This document shows positions 18,514 to 28,335 of a DNA stretch of 64,000 nucleotides, one piece after another. Where the stretch lies: contig JBBRAT010000001.1 in the NCBI GenBank assembly GCA_038206515.1, forward strand, positions 40,089 to 104,088, read 5' to 3'. Below the pieces are notes generated by a model. It ran no database searches, had not been told where the DNA came from, and saw nothing but the letters and a program-made list of their open reading frames with translations. The position numbers and the translations under genes are program-made. The stretch's first letter is position 1. Each line of letters begins with the position of its first letter. Source of the DNA: Anaerolineales bacterium. GTDB lineage: Bacteria; Chloroflexota; Anaerolineae; Anaerolineales; Anaerolineaceae.

Positions 18514-19239
18514 ATGGCACGCAACGTTCCTTCGATCAACCCAAACCGCACGTACCGCTGGTTACCCCTGGTGACGGCAATTTTCGTCACCACGCTGATC
18601 TTATCCAATATCATCGCCGTCAAGCTGGTACAGATTTTCACGCTGACCTTGCCCGCGGCGGTGGTTCTCTTTCCGATTGCCTATATCTTCGGCGATGTAC
18701 TGACCGAAGTGTATGGTTTTGCCCAGGCGCGCCGCGTCATCTGGACGGGCTTTTTCTGCAACCTGCTGGCGGTCATCGCCATTTGGGTGGCGGGGATGCT
18801 ACCGGCAGCGTCCTTTTGGTCGGCGGGCGTTTTCACCAGCGCGGTGGATGCGCAGCACGCTTATGATGCCATCCTGGGCTTCACGCCGCGCTTGCTGTTG
18901 GCTTCCTTCCTGGCGTATTTGGTGGGAGAATTCCTCAACTCCTTCGTGCTGGCAAAGCTAAAGGTGCAGACGCAGGGGCGTTACCTGTGGGTGCGCACCA
19001 TTGGCTCCACCCTGGTTGGCGAAGGGGCAGATTCGCTGGTGTTCATCAGCATTGCCTTCTTTGGCATTTTACCCAACGGCGCTTTGCTGACCGCCATTCT
19101 CTCGCAATGGCTGTTCAAAGTAGGCTATGAGGTATTGGCAACCCCGCTGACGTATTGGGTGGTCAACGCCCTCAAGCGCGCCGAGGGGGAAGATTATTAC
19201 GACCGCAACACCGATTTTAGCCCGGTCGCTTTCCGCTAA
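18514..19239 (+). CDS. Queuosine-precursor transporter of the YhhQ/Vut_1 (DUF165) family.
   Basis: Six or seven transmembrane helices, PIAYIFGDVLTEVYG family motif. Adjacent to queF, which is a conserved functional linkage. Confidence 0.8.
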   Translation: MARNVPSINPNRTYRWLPLVTAIFVTTLILSNIIAVKLVQIFTLTLPAAVVLFPIAYIFGDVLTEVYGFAQARRVIWTGFFCNLLAVIAIWVAGMLPAASFWSAGVFTSAVDAQHAYDAILGFTPRLLLASFLAYLVGEFLNSFVLAKLKVQTQGRYLWVRTIGSTLVGEGADSLVFISIAFFGILPNGALLTAILSQWLFKVGYEVLATPLTYWVVNALKRAEGEDYYDRNTDFSPVAFR

Positions 19240-19287
19240 GTCTGAATTTATGCTTGGATGGTACGGTTTAGTCTTTCCTTTTCCGCG

Positions 19288-19390
19288 TAGTAGTTTCCGG
19301 CAGGAAGCCTGACAATCATCAAATAATTTCCGTTTCGCAGGGAGAATTGCTTGAATGCCATCAGGCTTCCTGCCAGAAGCCACTACAAAG
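19288..19390. repeat. Copy B of the structured intergenic element (outer stem ttccggcaggaagcctga / tcaggcttcctgccagaa, conserved core). In the 3' region of the yhhQ-like gene, before its terminator.
   Basis: About 80% identical to copy A (7231-7335). Compensatory stem changes against copy A. Terminal motif gaagccactacaaag is shared. Confidence 0.5.
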
Positions 19391-19417
19391 ATGCAATACA
19401 CCCAAGTGTTGCAGTAG

Positions 19418-19452
19418 GATGCCCTTTTCGTTTGAGAAGGGCATCTTTTTTT
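19418..19452 (+). terminator. Rho-independent terminator (gatgcccttttc...gaagggcatc + TTTTTTT).
   Basis: Hairpin plus a 7-T run, reaching the convergent thioesterase stop codon. Confidence 0.6.
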
Positions 19453-20206
19453 AATTCTTTTGCCAACCCAAAGCTGCCTCAAAGGCAATTTTGCCGCTGC
19501 TTTGATGGATGCCTACTATCGATGAGACGCATTCATCCCCTTCTTGCGTTTCCGCGCGGATCGAAAGAGCTTCCTCCGCCACCGCTTCGTTGATGTAATT
19601 GATTTGCAGCCAGCGCAGTGAATTTTGCCGCCATTCTTGCATGGAAAAGCAGTTGCAGACCCAATCTATATAGCGCGCGTTGTTGACGTGTCCCATCATG
19701 TCAATATCGCTGTAGCCGGGGGTCACCACCAGTTTTTCGGGCATCTCCACGCGCGGGTTGAGCTTATCGGGGATTTCCGTCATGGCAGCCAGACCGTCAT
19801 TATCCGGCAGATCACCGGTCATGGCGCTGGGGGGCAGTAAGCGGCGCACCTCTGGGTTGACCAGCACCCAGGCGGTGGTGGCTGTGGCGAAGTGTTGCCC
19901 ACTTTCGCCCTCTATTTCAAAATCACGCATGAAAAATAGGCGTTGGGCAATGCCTTTGGGCCAGGTGCGGAAGATGACTTTTTCATCCACTTGAGGGAAC
20001 GCATGAAATAAAATCTTGACTCGTGAAAGAATCCACACGGTTTTACGCGCCATGAGCGTCTCTAAAGGAAAGCCCATCTGCGCCGCGTGGTGGGTGGACG
20101 CTTCTTGCATGGCTTGGAAAAAAGAAGCCGGCTTCCAGCGTTTGGCATAATCCGTTTGATAATTTTTAACGATATTTTCTTCAATCCAGATCGAATGTGA
20201 CCCCAT
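19451..20206 (-). CDS. Acyl-ACP thioesterase (FatA/B-like hotdog family).
   Basis: Double-hotdog Acyl-ACP_TE signature including DMMGHVNNARYIDW. Start set at MGSHSIW with RBS AGGAG. The ORF track extends 45 codons further upstream. Confidence 0.75.
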   Translation of the reverse strand: MGSHSIWIEENIVKNYQTDYAKRWKPASFFQAMQEASTHHAAQMGFPLETLMARKTVWILSRVKILFHAFPQVDEKVIFRTWPKGIAQRLFFMRDFEIEGESGQHFATATTAWVLVNPEVRRLLPPSAMTGDLPDNDGLAAMTEIPDKLNPRVEMPEKLVVTPGYSDIDMMGHVNNARYIDWVCNCFSMQEWRQNSLRWLQINYINEAVAEEALSIRAETQEGDECVSSIVGIHQSSGKIAFEAALGWQKN

Positions 20207-20288
20207 GTTGGCTGCTCCTATGGAGGATGTCTTTGTTTGATGCGCCAAAAAGTTTACCACCTTTTTGGAGTGCGGTAAAATAGAGAGT

Positions 20289-21818
20289 ATGCCTTCACAA
20301 ACCATTCCCCAACGCTCTTCCGGTATTTTGTTACATCCCACCTCGCTGCCCAGCCCGTATGGGATTGGCGACCTGGGTCCAGACGCTTACCATTGGATTG
20401 ACCAGTTACAGCGCGCCCACCAACACTGGTGGCAGGTGTTACCCCTGACCCCCACCGGCTACGCGGATTCGCCCTATCAGTCGCTTTCCGCGTTCGCAGG
20501 CAACCCGAATTTGATCAGCCCTGATCTGTTGGTGCAGGACGGTCTGCTGCGCCGCGCGGATTTGCCCGCTGAGTCGTTTCCGGCGGGCTTTGTGGATTTC
20601 GACTCGGGACGGGTGATTGAATATAAGACCCACGCCCTCAGCCGCGCCTGGCAAAACTTTCAGATAGGCTCTGCGCCGCAGCTTCAGCCGTTGTTTATGG
20701 ATTTTATTGCCCAGCAAGCCAGCTGGTTGGATTCGTTCGCCCTGTATATGGCGCTCAAAGAAGCGCATAATATGGCAAGCTGGCTGGATTGGGGCGAGGA
20801 CTATCGCCTGCGCAAACCTGAAGCTCTGCAACGCGCCTCGGTAGAGATGCACGACCGCATCGCCGAGCATAAGTTTCGCCAATTTCTCTTTTCGCGCCAG
20901 TGGCAGGCGTTGCACCAATACGCTAACGCGCATGGGGTAGAGATCATTGGGGATGTGCCGATTTTCGTCTCGGGCGATTCGGCGGACGTGTGGGGCAACC
21001 CGCAGTTCTTCTTGCTGGATGAGGCGCGCCGTCCGAAGGCAGTGGCGGGCGTTCCACCGGATTATTTCAGCGCTACCGGGCAACTGTGGGGCAACCCGCT
21101 GTATGATTGGGCTGCCCTCAAAGCGGATGGCTACGCCTGGTGGGTTGCCCGCCTGCGTAAGGTGCTGGAGCAGATGGACGTGGTGCGCATTGACCACTTC
21201 CGCGGCTTTGAGGCATTTTGGGCTATTCCGTATCACAGCTTGACCGCTGTCAATGGACAGTGGATCAAAGGACCGTTGTTTGACCTATTTGACGTGCTGA
21301 AGGCACAGTTGGGCGATGAGGCGCGCATTATCGCCGAAGATTTGGGCATCATCACCCCGGAAGTGGAAGCCCTGCGCACCCATTACGGATTCCCAGGGAT
21401 GCGTATTCTGCAATTTGCCTTTTCTGGCGCCATTGAAAAACGCTTCTTGCCGCACAATTACGAGCGAAATACGGTGGTCTATACCGGCACGCACGATAAC
21501 GACACCACCCTGGGCTGGTACAAAGCTAGCTGCACACCAGAAGAAAAGGCGTTCCTGCGCCAATATATGGGGACGAATGACTGCGTCCGCGCGGATGGCT
21601 CGGAAATCAGCTGGGATATGATGCGCCTGGCGTGGGCTTCTGTGGCGGTATTGGCGGTTGCGCCCCTGCAAGATGTACTGTCGTTGGGGACGGAAGCGCG
21701 CATGAACCTGCCGGGTCAGCCTTCCGGGTGGTGGCGCTGGCGCTTCCCGAAAGAGCAGCTCACCGATGCGCTGCTTGAACGTCTGAAAATCCTGACAGAT
21801 ACATACGACCGCGCATAA
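20289..21818 (+). CDS. malQ: 4-alpha-glucanotransferase (amylomaltase, GH77).
   Basis: N-terminal RSSGILLHPTSLPSPYGIGDLG. GH77 catalytic regions (IIGDVPIFV, RIDHFRGF, IAEDLG). Start may be at 20265. Confidence 0.9.
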   Translation: MPSQTIPQRSSGILLHPTSLPSPYGIGDLGPDAYHWIDQLQRAHQHWWQVLPLTPTGYADSPYQSLSAFAGNPNLISPDLLVQDGLLRRADLPAESFPAGFVDFDSGRVIEYKTHALSRAWQNFQIGSAPQLQPLFMDFIAQQASWLDSFALYMALKEAHNMASWLDWGEDYRLRKPEALQRASVEMHDRIAEHKFRQFLFSRQWQALHQYANAHGVEIIGDVPIFVSGDSADVWGNPQFFLLDEARRPKAVAGVPPDYFSATGQLWGNPLYDWAALKADGYAWWVARLRKVLEQMDVVRIDHFRGFEAFWAIPYHSLTAVNGQWIKGPLFDLFDVLKAQLGDEARIIAEDLGIITPEVEALRTHYGFPGMRILQFAFSGAIEKRFLPHNYERNTVVYTGTHDNDTTLGWYKASCTPEEKAFLRQYMGTNDCVRADGSEISWDMMRLAWASVAVLAVAPLQDVLSLGTEARMNLPGQPSGWWRWRFPKEQLTDALLERLKILTDTYDRA

Positions 21819-22041
21819 GAGAGTGATCCTATTCAGGGAATCCTGCACTCAAGCATAAAGAGAGTACATATTATCCTGCAAAAAAAGGTGGCATAACAAG
21901 CATAATGTTCATCGGTTTCCATTGGGCGAACCAGTTTTAGACGTTATGCTTGTTATGCCCCTCTATTAGCATGGAGAATGTGCGCTTTCTTTCCCAGCAG
22001 CGCTTTTCCTGAATGCACATCGTAAGGTTTGGGCAGCTTCG

Positions 22042-23568
22042 TTATTTTGAGAAATACTTCTTGAGCAGCGGATGAATATCCTGCGAAGTGTGCTTTTGTA
22101 GGATGGTGAAGAAATCCGCTGAGGTGACAATCTTGCCGGAAAACTGCCCGGTGTAGTCTTTCAGGAAAGCAAAGAAGGTTTCATCCCCAACCGTTTTGCG
22201 CAATTCGTCTAAGAAGGTCGCCCCGTTGAGGTAAACGGCGTTGCGATAGAGCGCGTAGCTATCCCCTTGTCCTTGCTGATCGTATACGCTGCTATCCACC
22301 CACCCGCTGGGGTGATAATAGTTGACGCGCACATCCCACCACCATTGGGCGGCATCCGGCGCGTATTTTTCATCATAGAGCAGCTCGCAGTAGGTGGCGA
22401 GCGCCTCATCCAGCCAGGGTTGTTCCGCCTGATCGTTGCCGATTAGGGCGTAAAACCATTGATGCGCCGTCTCGTGGGTGACAATGGCGGTAAAGTAATC
22501 GGCGGATTTGCCCTGGTAGAGGTTATACATGGCTTTGCTGACGAAAATCAGCCCGTCATATTCCATCCCGTCCAGGAAATCCGCTTCCACCACTGCCAGG
22601 CTGCGGTGCGGATACAGGGCGAAGTGGTCACCGTAAAGCTGGATAGATTGGGCGGCGATTTGCGCGGCAGCTTTGCCGGATACTGCGTTCGCCGGGTAAT
22701 AGTAGCTGCTGATCTCAATGTTCCCCAGGGTAAATTTTTCTACCTGATATTGTGAGCTGATGGAAAGCGCAAAGGTACGCGCCGCTCTCATCTGATAATG
22801 ATAACTTTGCCCATTTTGCTCGGCAGCTGTGCTGGCGGCGACTTGTACCGCCTTTTGGCTGCTGATGGTCAGCTGCACGTCAAAGCGGTTCATCTCATAC
22901 GCCATGGATTCGCCATACGCGCTGAAAGGGTGCGCCAGCCAGCCTTTGCCGCTGACGTAAGGCGCAATAAACGGATACCAATCCACCAGGTTAAGCTGGC
23001 GGGCGGTGTAGCCAAAGGGGACGGGACGGCTGCCGGTGATTTTGGTGGCGGCGGGCATCCCCAAATGATAGTTGAGGGTCAATTGCGTGGTCGCTCCAGG
23101 CGCAAGCGCAGCGGAAAGCGGCACAGCTAACCAGCTGGATTCATAGTTCCGCGCTTTTATTTCTTGCCCATCCGCCCCTTGTAAAGATTTCAGGCTGAAT
23201 GCCTCGGGGTACGCCAGGGGTGGGATGACCAAGCGCACTTCGTTCAGGGTGTCAGTCGAAGTATTAATGTACTCGATCTTTTCCTGCACATCCGCGCTCT
23301 TCTGATCGTAATCCAGGGCAACCGAAAGGGTATAGGCGCTAAGGCGTGGCGCGGGCGGAACGGTCGCCGTAGCGGTCGCTGTAACGGTGGGGCTGGCGGT
23401 AGGCTCTAGGGTAGGCGTGACGCTGGGGAGAACGGTCGCCGTCACAGTAGGCGTGCTGCTGGGCAGAGCGGATGGCATCACCACGGGGGTGACGGGCGCA
23501 ACCGGGGCGCAGGCGGTGAGGATCAGGCAGAGCAGAAAAACGATATGGAGCGTGTGGGATGTGCGCAT
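22042..23568 (-). CDS. M1-family (aminopeptidase N-like) zinc metallopeptidase, lipoprotein with a Thr/Pro-rich linker.
   Basis: Signal peptide plus lipobox (LILTAC). Low-complexity PTVTATVLPSVTPT linker. HETAHQWF ... DEALATY (HExxH-x18-E zincin signature). Confidence 0.8.
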   Translation of the reverse strand: MRTSHTLHIVFLLCLILTACAPVAPVTPVVMPSALPSSTPTVTATVLPSVTPTLEPTASPTVTATATATVPPAPRLSAYTLSVALDYDQKSADVQEKIEYINTSTDTLNEVRLVIPPLAYPEAFSLKSLQGADGQEIKARNYESSWLAVPLSAALAPGATTQLTLNYHLGMPAATKITGSRPVPFGYTARQLNLVDWYPFIAPYVSGKGWLAHPFSAYGESMAYEMNRFDVQLTISSQKAVQVAASTAAEQNGQSYHYQMRAARTFALSISSQYQVEKFTLGNIEISSYYYPANAVSGKAAAQIAAQSIQLYGDHFALYPHRSLAVVEADFLDGMEYDGLIFVSKAMYNLYQGKSADYFTAIVTHETAHQWFYALIGNDQAEQPWLDEALATYCELLYDEKYAPDAAQWWWDVRVNYYHPSGWVDSSVYDQQGQGDSYALYRNAVYLNGATFLDELRKTVGDETFFAFLKDYTGQFSGKIVTSADFFTILQKHTSQDIHPLLKKYFSK

Positions 23569-23603
23569 AATAGAGGCAATCTTATCACCAAACGGGCTAA
23601 CTT

Positions 23604-26123
23604 TTAAGGCACTGCATACAGGCTGGTTTCGCCCTGCTGGAAGCGCAATTGCAGGATGGAATCAAACTTGCGTTCCGCTTGGAGAGGGTCGCAGCTCGTT
23701 TTCTGGCAGGTTTGGCGGATAAACTCCCTTTCCACCTTGCCGAGCGTCAGGTAACGGACCTGGCGGCGGTGGAGGGCATCTAACGCCACTTGTGCATCCG
23801 GTGTGATGTAGATGAGGGCTGCGTCCGCCACCCGTGCATTGATTTCGTTATTGACCCCTGCACCGCGCCATTGACTCTCATGCCCTACCCAGCCAATGAG
23901 TGTAGGCAAGCCAGTGAACGCGCTGATTCTGCCGTTCAGCTGATAATCTTCGCCAGGCGCTTCTAAGATCACCGGCGCGCCGGTGACGTTTGTTTGCAGC
24001 CAGCGGATAGCTGCCCAATCGTCCGAGGATGCCGCCCAGTGGGTAGGGTAATCGCCTGCCAGAGTCGCCGCCCCATCCAGGTGAGGGGGGAAAGCAAAAC
24101 CATGCACGCGGCTGTAGAGCGCGGTCAGGCTGTAGCTCAGGCACGCGGCTACCAGCATAATCACGATAACAAAGAATAGCTTTTTGATCCATCCGCTGCG
24201 CCAGCGGTGATTCCACATCCACCAACAGGCATACGCGCTGGCAATGGACATCCACACCCAGCCCTGAAAGTAAAATTTAAAGACGGAATTCATCCGCAGA
24301 CCAAAGTTATCTTGCAGGTAATAAAACTCTATGCCCAGGGTCATTGTCAGCCCGAGAGTGGCAATGATCAGCCCAAATAGGGTAGGGGAATCGAAGTCGC
24401 TGGATGCAGCCTCTTTTTGCATTCGCCACGCCGCTGCAATTCCTGGCGCAATCAGCCCTGAAAGCAGCAGGAAGGTGAAAGGGTCTTGCAGGCGTGCAAG
24501 CAAAATGCGCTCCAAGACTTGAGCGGCAGAAAGAATGGTTGTCTGGGTAGGCGCGCTTAATCCTAAGAGAATTTGCAGTTTCAGCGGATCGCTCCAGCCG
24601 CCGGGCAGGTTTGGCAGCCAGCCATTGGTGATGGCCGTCCATGCAGCGGCGCTGATCAGCAGATATGGCGCATAGCTGAGGAATACAATTCCCAGCCATG
24701 CAACGGCTGTGCTGCGCCAATGGGTATGACGCTGCGCCAGCAGGGTCAGGAAGGCAGCCAAAATTAGCAGGAACGGCGCAAACATCACCGCGTATTGAGG
24801 CAGGCGAGTAGGGGTGAATACGTAAGGCAGCACGCCGCCGGCTTGCGAGGAAAAATGCGTATAGAAAAGCGTATACAGCAACAAGCTCACTGCGCCGAAG
24901 CTTATGCCAAAGCCAAACGTCTTCCGCCAGGGGTGGGACTGCCCGCGCTGACGAATGAAAAAGACGATCACCGCCAGCAGCCCGCTGATGGGCATATCCC
25001 AGGTGTTTAAGAAGCCCAATGCACCTAAAGCCAGCGTATAAAAGCCGTAAAAGAACACCCAATCGCGTCCTTTTAACCCAGCCGGGCGGATGAGCAAGGT
25101 AAAGGCGAACCCGATGCAGAGGATCACAAAAGGCAAGGCAAATTTATGCGGGTGATTATCGCCCAAAAGGAAGCTAAAGAAAGGAAATTCGGTAATGTTC
25201 CCACTACCGAGCGGCGCGCCTGCCAGATTTTTATCCGCCACCACGCGCGAAGCTGCCCACCACCACCATTGGCGGAAATCATACCCAGGGTATAGACTGC
25301 CGATCTGTGGGGCGGCGGTCAGGAGGGGAATATCCAACCAGCGCAGGATTTTCATCGGCAGCTCGCCAGCCGATTGCAGCAGGTGAAAGATGCCCTCCAG
25401 GTTGCCCATCCCTTGCAGGAAAATAATTCCAAGGATGCCTGTGAGAGATGCAGCGAGCTTTGACCCCTTGCCTGCGCGGATGAGATTACGCAGCAGTCCA
25501 AAAACGCCTGCTGCGGTGAGCGCAAAAATGAGCGCGTCATAAAGCTCGAAGGCTGCGGTAGGCGATGCGCCAGAAACTCGCGTGAAGAGCGCCATCATCA
25601 CATAGCCAAAGTAATAATAAGAGATGCTATAGCCCGCCAGCCAGGGATCCAGGGGCGGAAAGCCAGGGCTGCGCAGGATGCCGTTCAGGAAGGCAAGCTC
25701 CATATATTGCTCGCCATACGCAAAAATGATCTTGCCTGGGGCGTATGCGCGCACAACCACCCAGCCGATCAACGCCAGGGTGAAAAGGAGTTCTGTGATG
25801 AGAAATGCGCTGCGCTGCGCCTGCCAAACCTGCCGCCATTGCCGCCAGGGGATGCGTTTGCGCGCGAAGAAGATGACCAGCAGGCTGATCGTTAATAGTC
25901 CTGCCCAGGCGATCCACATGCCGCTCAGGGTATTGGGTAGGATGCCGACCGAAGCGCCCATCCAAAACAAGTACGCCCAGATCAGCAGCCCCATGATTTT
26001 TGAAAAGGCGATGCCGCGGTCATCAAGGTGACGGAAAATCGCAGCGGTGATCGGCAGAGCCGTCAGCCCTACCCCCTGAGCGATCAGCCACCAGAGCAGC
26101 GTCTGGGTCAGCGCGGCAGGCAT
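23604..26123 (-). CDS. Large polytopic membrane protein with a Chlor_Arch_YYY / DUF2298-like (GT-C-like) domain.
   Basis: 839 aa, more than 15 predicted transmembrane helices. Motif LAGYSISYYYFGY matches the 'YYY' membrane-protein family known from Chloroflexi and Archaea. Family recalled from memory. Confidence 0.7.
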   Translation of the reverse strand: MPAALTQTLLWWLIAQGVGLTALPITAAIFRHLDDRGIAFSKIMGLLIWAYLFWMGASVGILPNTLSGMWIAWAGLLTISLLVIFFARKRIPWRQWRQVWQAQRSAFLITELLFTLALIGWVVVRAYAPGKIIFAYGEQYMELAFLNGILRSPGFPPLDPWLAGYSISYYYFGYVMMALFTRVSGASPTAAFELYDALIFALTAAGVFGLLRNLIRAGKGSKLAASLTGILGIIFLQGMGNLEGIFHLLQSAGELPMKILRWLDIPLLTAAPQIGSLYPGYDFRQWWWWAASRVVADKNLAGAPLGSGNITEFPFFSFLLGDNHPHKFALPFVILCIGFAFTLLIRPAGLKGRDWVFFYGFYTLALGALGFLNTWDMPISGLLAVIVFFIRQRGQSHPWRKTFGFGISFGAVSLLLYTLFYTHFSSQAGGVLPYVFTPTRLPQYAVMFAPFLLILAAFLTLLAQRHTHWRSTAVAWLGIVFLSYAPYLLISAAAWTAITNGWLPNLPGGWSDPLKLQILLGLSAPTQTTILSAAQVLERILLARLQDPFTFLLLSGLIAPGIAAAWRMQKEAASSDFDSPTLFGLIIATLGLTMTLGIEFYYLQDNFGLRMNSVFKFYFQGWVWMSIASAYACWWMWNHRWRSGWIKKLFFVIVIMLVAACLSYSLTALYSRVHGFAFPPHLDGAATLAGDYPTHWAASSDDWAAIRWLQTNVTGAPVILEAPGEDYQLNGRISAFTGLPTLIGWVGHESQWRGAGVNNEINARVADAALIYITPDAQVALDALHRRQVRYLTLGKVEREFIRQTCQKTSCDPLQAERKFDSILQLRFQQGETSLYAVP

Positions 26124-26129
26124 GCGCGC

Positions 26130-27251
26130 TCAGACATTCAGGGTGTCCATCCAGCGTCCACCCAGGGTGAGATAACGCTTCATCAAGGTCACCGTCAGGC
26201 AAGAGTGTGCGGGCAGGATGCACACCAGGTCGCCAATACGCAGGCGAGCCAGGTCAGCCTCGGGCAGATGAAGAATCCCATGCTCCTGTGAGAGGGAAGC
26301 CACATATGCCCCCGGCAAGGGCGCGCCCCAGTCGGTCTCTTGCGGCAGCGTCACCCAACCATAGGCGCGATGATCGTCCTCCATGAAGAAATCTTTGGAA
26401 AGATGTACTGCGCCGCCATAAATGACCGCCTCACTGCGTTCAGGGTGCAGGGCGACTACCGGGCAGGCAAGCGCCACGCCAATTTGGGCAGGCGTGCAAG
26501 AGCCGATGTGCGCCTGGGTGGCGTCATAAAAGACAAAGTTGCCGGGGCGGAGTTCATCAATCGCCCCCAGATCTGCGCACAGGCTGCTGGCGGGCGTATC
26601 CCCGACCGAAATGAGCAACGGAGTGATGCCGCCCGTCTGCAATGCCCGCCGCGCTGTGCTGATCCGCTCAATGCTTTGCGCATAGAGCTGACACACCTGC
26701 GCTGCCCCACGCGCGGTATAGGTATGCCCTGCGTGGGTGAGCAGTCCCTTCAGGCGCAGCAGTGGGGTATTTTGAATAGCCACTGCCACGCGCCGCGCCT
26801 GCTCCGTCTCAGTGGCGGGGATGCCAGTACGGTGCGCGCCCACGTCAATCTTGATCCATGCGTCAATGGGGGCACGTAATTTTGCGCTAATCTGCTGCAC
26901 CGATTCAATATTTTCAAATAATAGTCCCAGGTGGATTTTCTCTGCCAGCTGCGCAATTGTTTCCGCCTGACGCGGATTGGCGGAGAAAGCGATGGTAATA
27001 TCCCGCCAGCCGTGATCAGCGAAATAGAGCGCCATATCCACGGAAGAAACGGTGATGGCTTGCACGCCCGCCGCGCGGAACCATTCGCCAATTTCAGCGG
27101 ATTGGTGCGTCTTGAAATGGGGACGGAAGGCGATGCCTGCGGCGCGCGCTTTGGCGGTCATCCGCTCAATGTTAGCGCGTACCACTGCCTCATTCAGCAA
27201 AAGGGTTGGTTTTTGAATGTCGGTAAAGAGGTTCATCCTTTTATTATACAT
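26130..27251 (-). CDS. PLP-dependent alanine-racemase-fold enzyme of the DSD1 / D-threo-3-hydroxyaspartate dehydratase-like family (putative D-serine deaminase).
   Basis: PLP-lysine motif FRPHFKTHQS. Ala_racemase_N-like TIM-barrel region followed by a C-terminal beta domain. Confidence 0.7.
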   Translation of the reverse strand: MYNKRMNLFTDIQKPTLLLNEAVVRANIERMTAKARAAGIAFRPHFKTHQSAEIGEWFRAAGVQAITVSSVDMALYFADHGWRDITIAFSANPRQAETIAQLAEKIHLGLLFENIESVQQISAKLRAPIDAWIKIDVGAHRTGIPATETEQARRVAVAIQNTPLLRLKGLLTHAGHTYTARGAAQVCQLYAQSIERISTARRALQTGGITPLLISVGDTPASSLCADLGAIDELRPGNFVFYDATQAHIGSCTPAQIGVALACPVVALHPERSEAVIYGGAVHLSKDFFMEDDHRAYGWVTLPQETDWGAPLPGAYVASLSQEHGILHLPEADLARLRIGDLVCILPAHSCLTVTLMKRYLTLGGRWMDTLNV

Positions 27252-27466
27252 TTGGAGGAACTGCTCAATCGTCCCAATACACGGATTGGGATATGACCAC
27301 GATCATGGCAGCGCTTGAGCAATGACTATTTGGAATAGGAAGGAATTGCCTGGTGATTACCCACAAAAGAGAGGAGAAAGAGCGACCAAAAAATTGTAAT
27401 AATGGGATAGATTGTATAATAGTCAAACACAACCTCTCACAATCGCATCTACCTACGAGGTCTATC

Positions 27467-28270
27467 ATGATTTGCATCACACCCGCTCAGGTAACCCCTG
27501 CCGTTCGCTCTCTCTTTCGTACCGATGAAATGCAGGCGACCCGCTGCTTTGCTGTTCTGGAAGGATCGGTTCTCGCCGGGAAAATCCTGGTGGACGACCC
27601 CATTGAGCCTCACTGGGCCCTGGTTCAGGAACCAGGGGATATGTGCCTGTTTGTTGGCGGAAACGTGGATGCCACTGCATTTGCCGAAGCCTTTGCCGCA
27701 TTACGCCAGGAGGGAGACGTGCTGATCGGCATGCCGCCGGATGATCCCCGGCTTGCTTACCTCCCCCCGGATCCTTATTACGATGCTTGTGTACTGGAGT
27801 TCTATGATCGTCCCACCGGCCAGGGCCTTGAACCCTACCTGCGCCAGGTGCCCGCGGACTACATGATCCGCCGCCTGGATCGCGACCTGATACTGCGTAC
27901 TGAATGGGGTCCAAACGATGTAGCCTTTCACGGCGGCCTTGATAACTGGGAAAAAGCCTGTTTTGGCTATGTATTGATGCGTGGCGATGAAATCCTAAGT
28001 GAAGCAACGGTCGGGCCGTCCGCGTTGGGCTGCTATGAACCGGGCGTATTTACTCAGGAAAAACATCGTGGCAAAGGCTATGGGACCATAGTGACTGCCC
28101 ACCTTATCCAAGAGATCGAAGCGATGGGTAGGCGGACTTTTTGGAACTGTACCATTCAGAACGTAGCCTCCGCGGGCATAGCCCGCAAGCTAGGCTACAG
28201 GATTAAGAAAGAATTCTGCTGTTTGGCCTGGCACAAAACGGACAGCCATTTACCGGAAAAGATCATCTAA
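27467..28270 (+). CDS. GNAT-family N-acetyltransferase (start at MICITP, RBS ACGAGG).
   Basis: C-terminal acetyl-CoA-binding motif HRGKGYGTIVTAHLIQE...ARKLGY. Confidence 0.7.
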   Translation: MICITPAQVTPAVRSLFRTDEMQATRCFAVLEGSVLAGKILVDDPIEPHWALVQEPGDMCLFVGGNVDATAFAEAFAALRQEGDVLIGMPPDDPRLAYLPPDPYYDACVLEFYDRPTGQGLEPYLRQVPADYMIRRLDRDLILRTEWGPNDVAFHGGLDNWEKACFGYVLMRGDEILSEATVGPSALGCYEPGVFTQEKHRGKGYGTIVTAHLIQEIEAMGRRTFWNCTIQNVASAGIARKLGYRIKKEFCCLAWHKTDSHLPEKII

Positions 28271-28335
28271 CGATATCCTTCGCTCTTTAAACCCTTTCCT
28301 ATTGCCGAAATTACTTATGGGTAATCACCGAGGAA

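Noticed and set aside
20439-21236. 265-aa minus ORF inside malQ
   Set aside because: Antisense shadow of the GH77 gene.
24307-25062. 251-aa minus ORF (other frame) and several plus ORFs within the YYY membrane protein gene
   Set aside because: They overlap a continuous 839-aa hydrophobic ORF with a family motif. The shadows are Arg/Ala-rich, as expected for GC-rich antisense.
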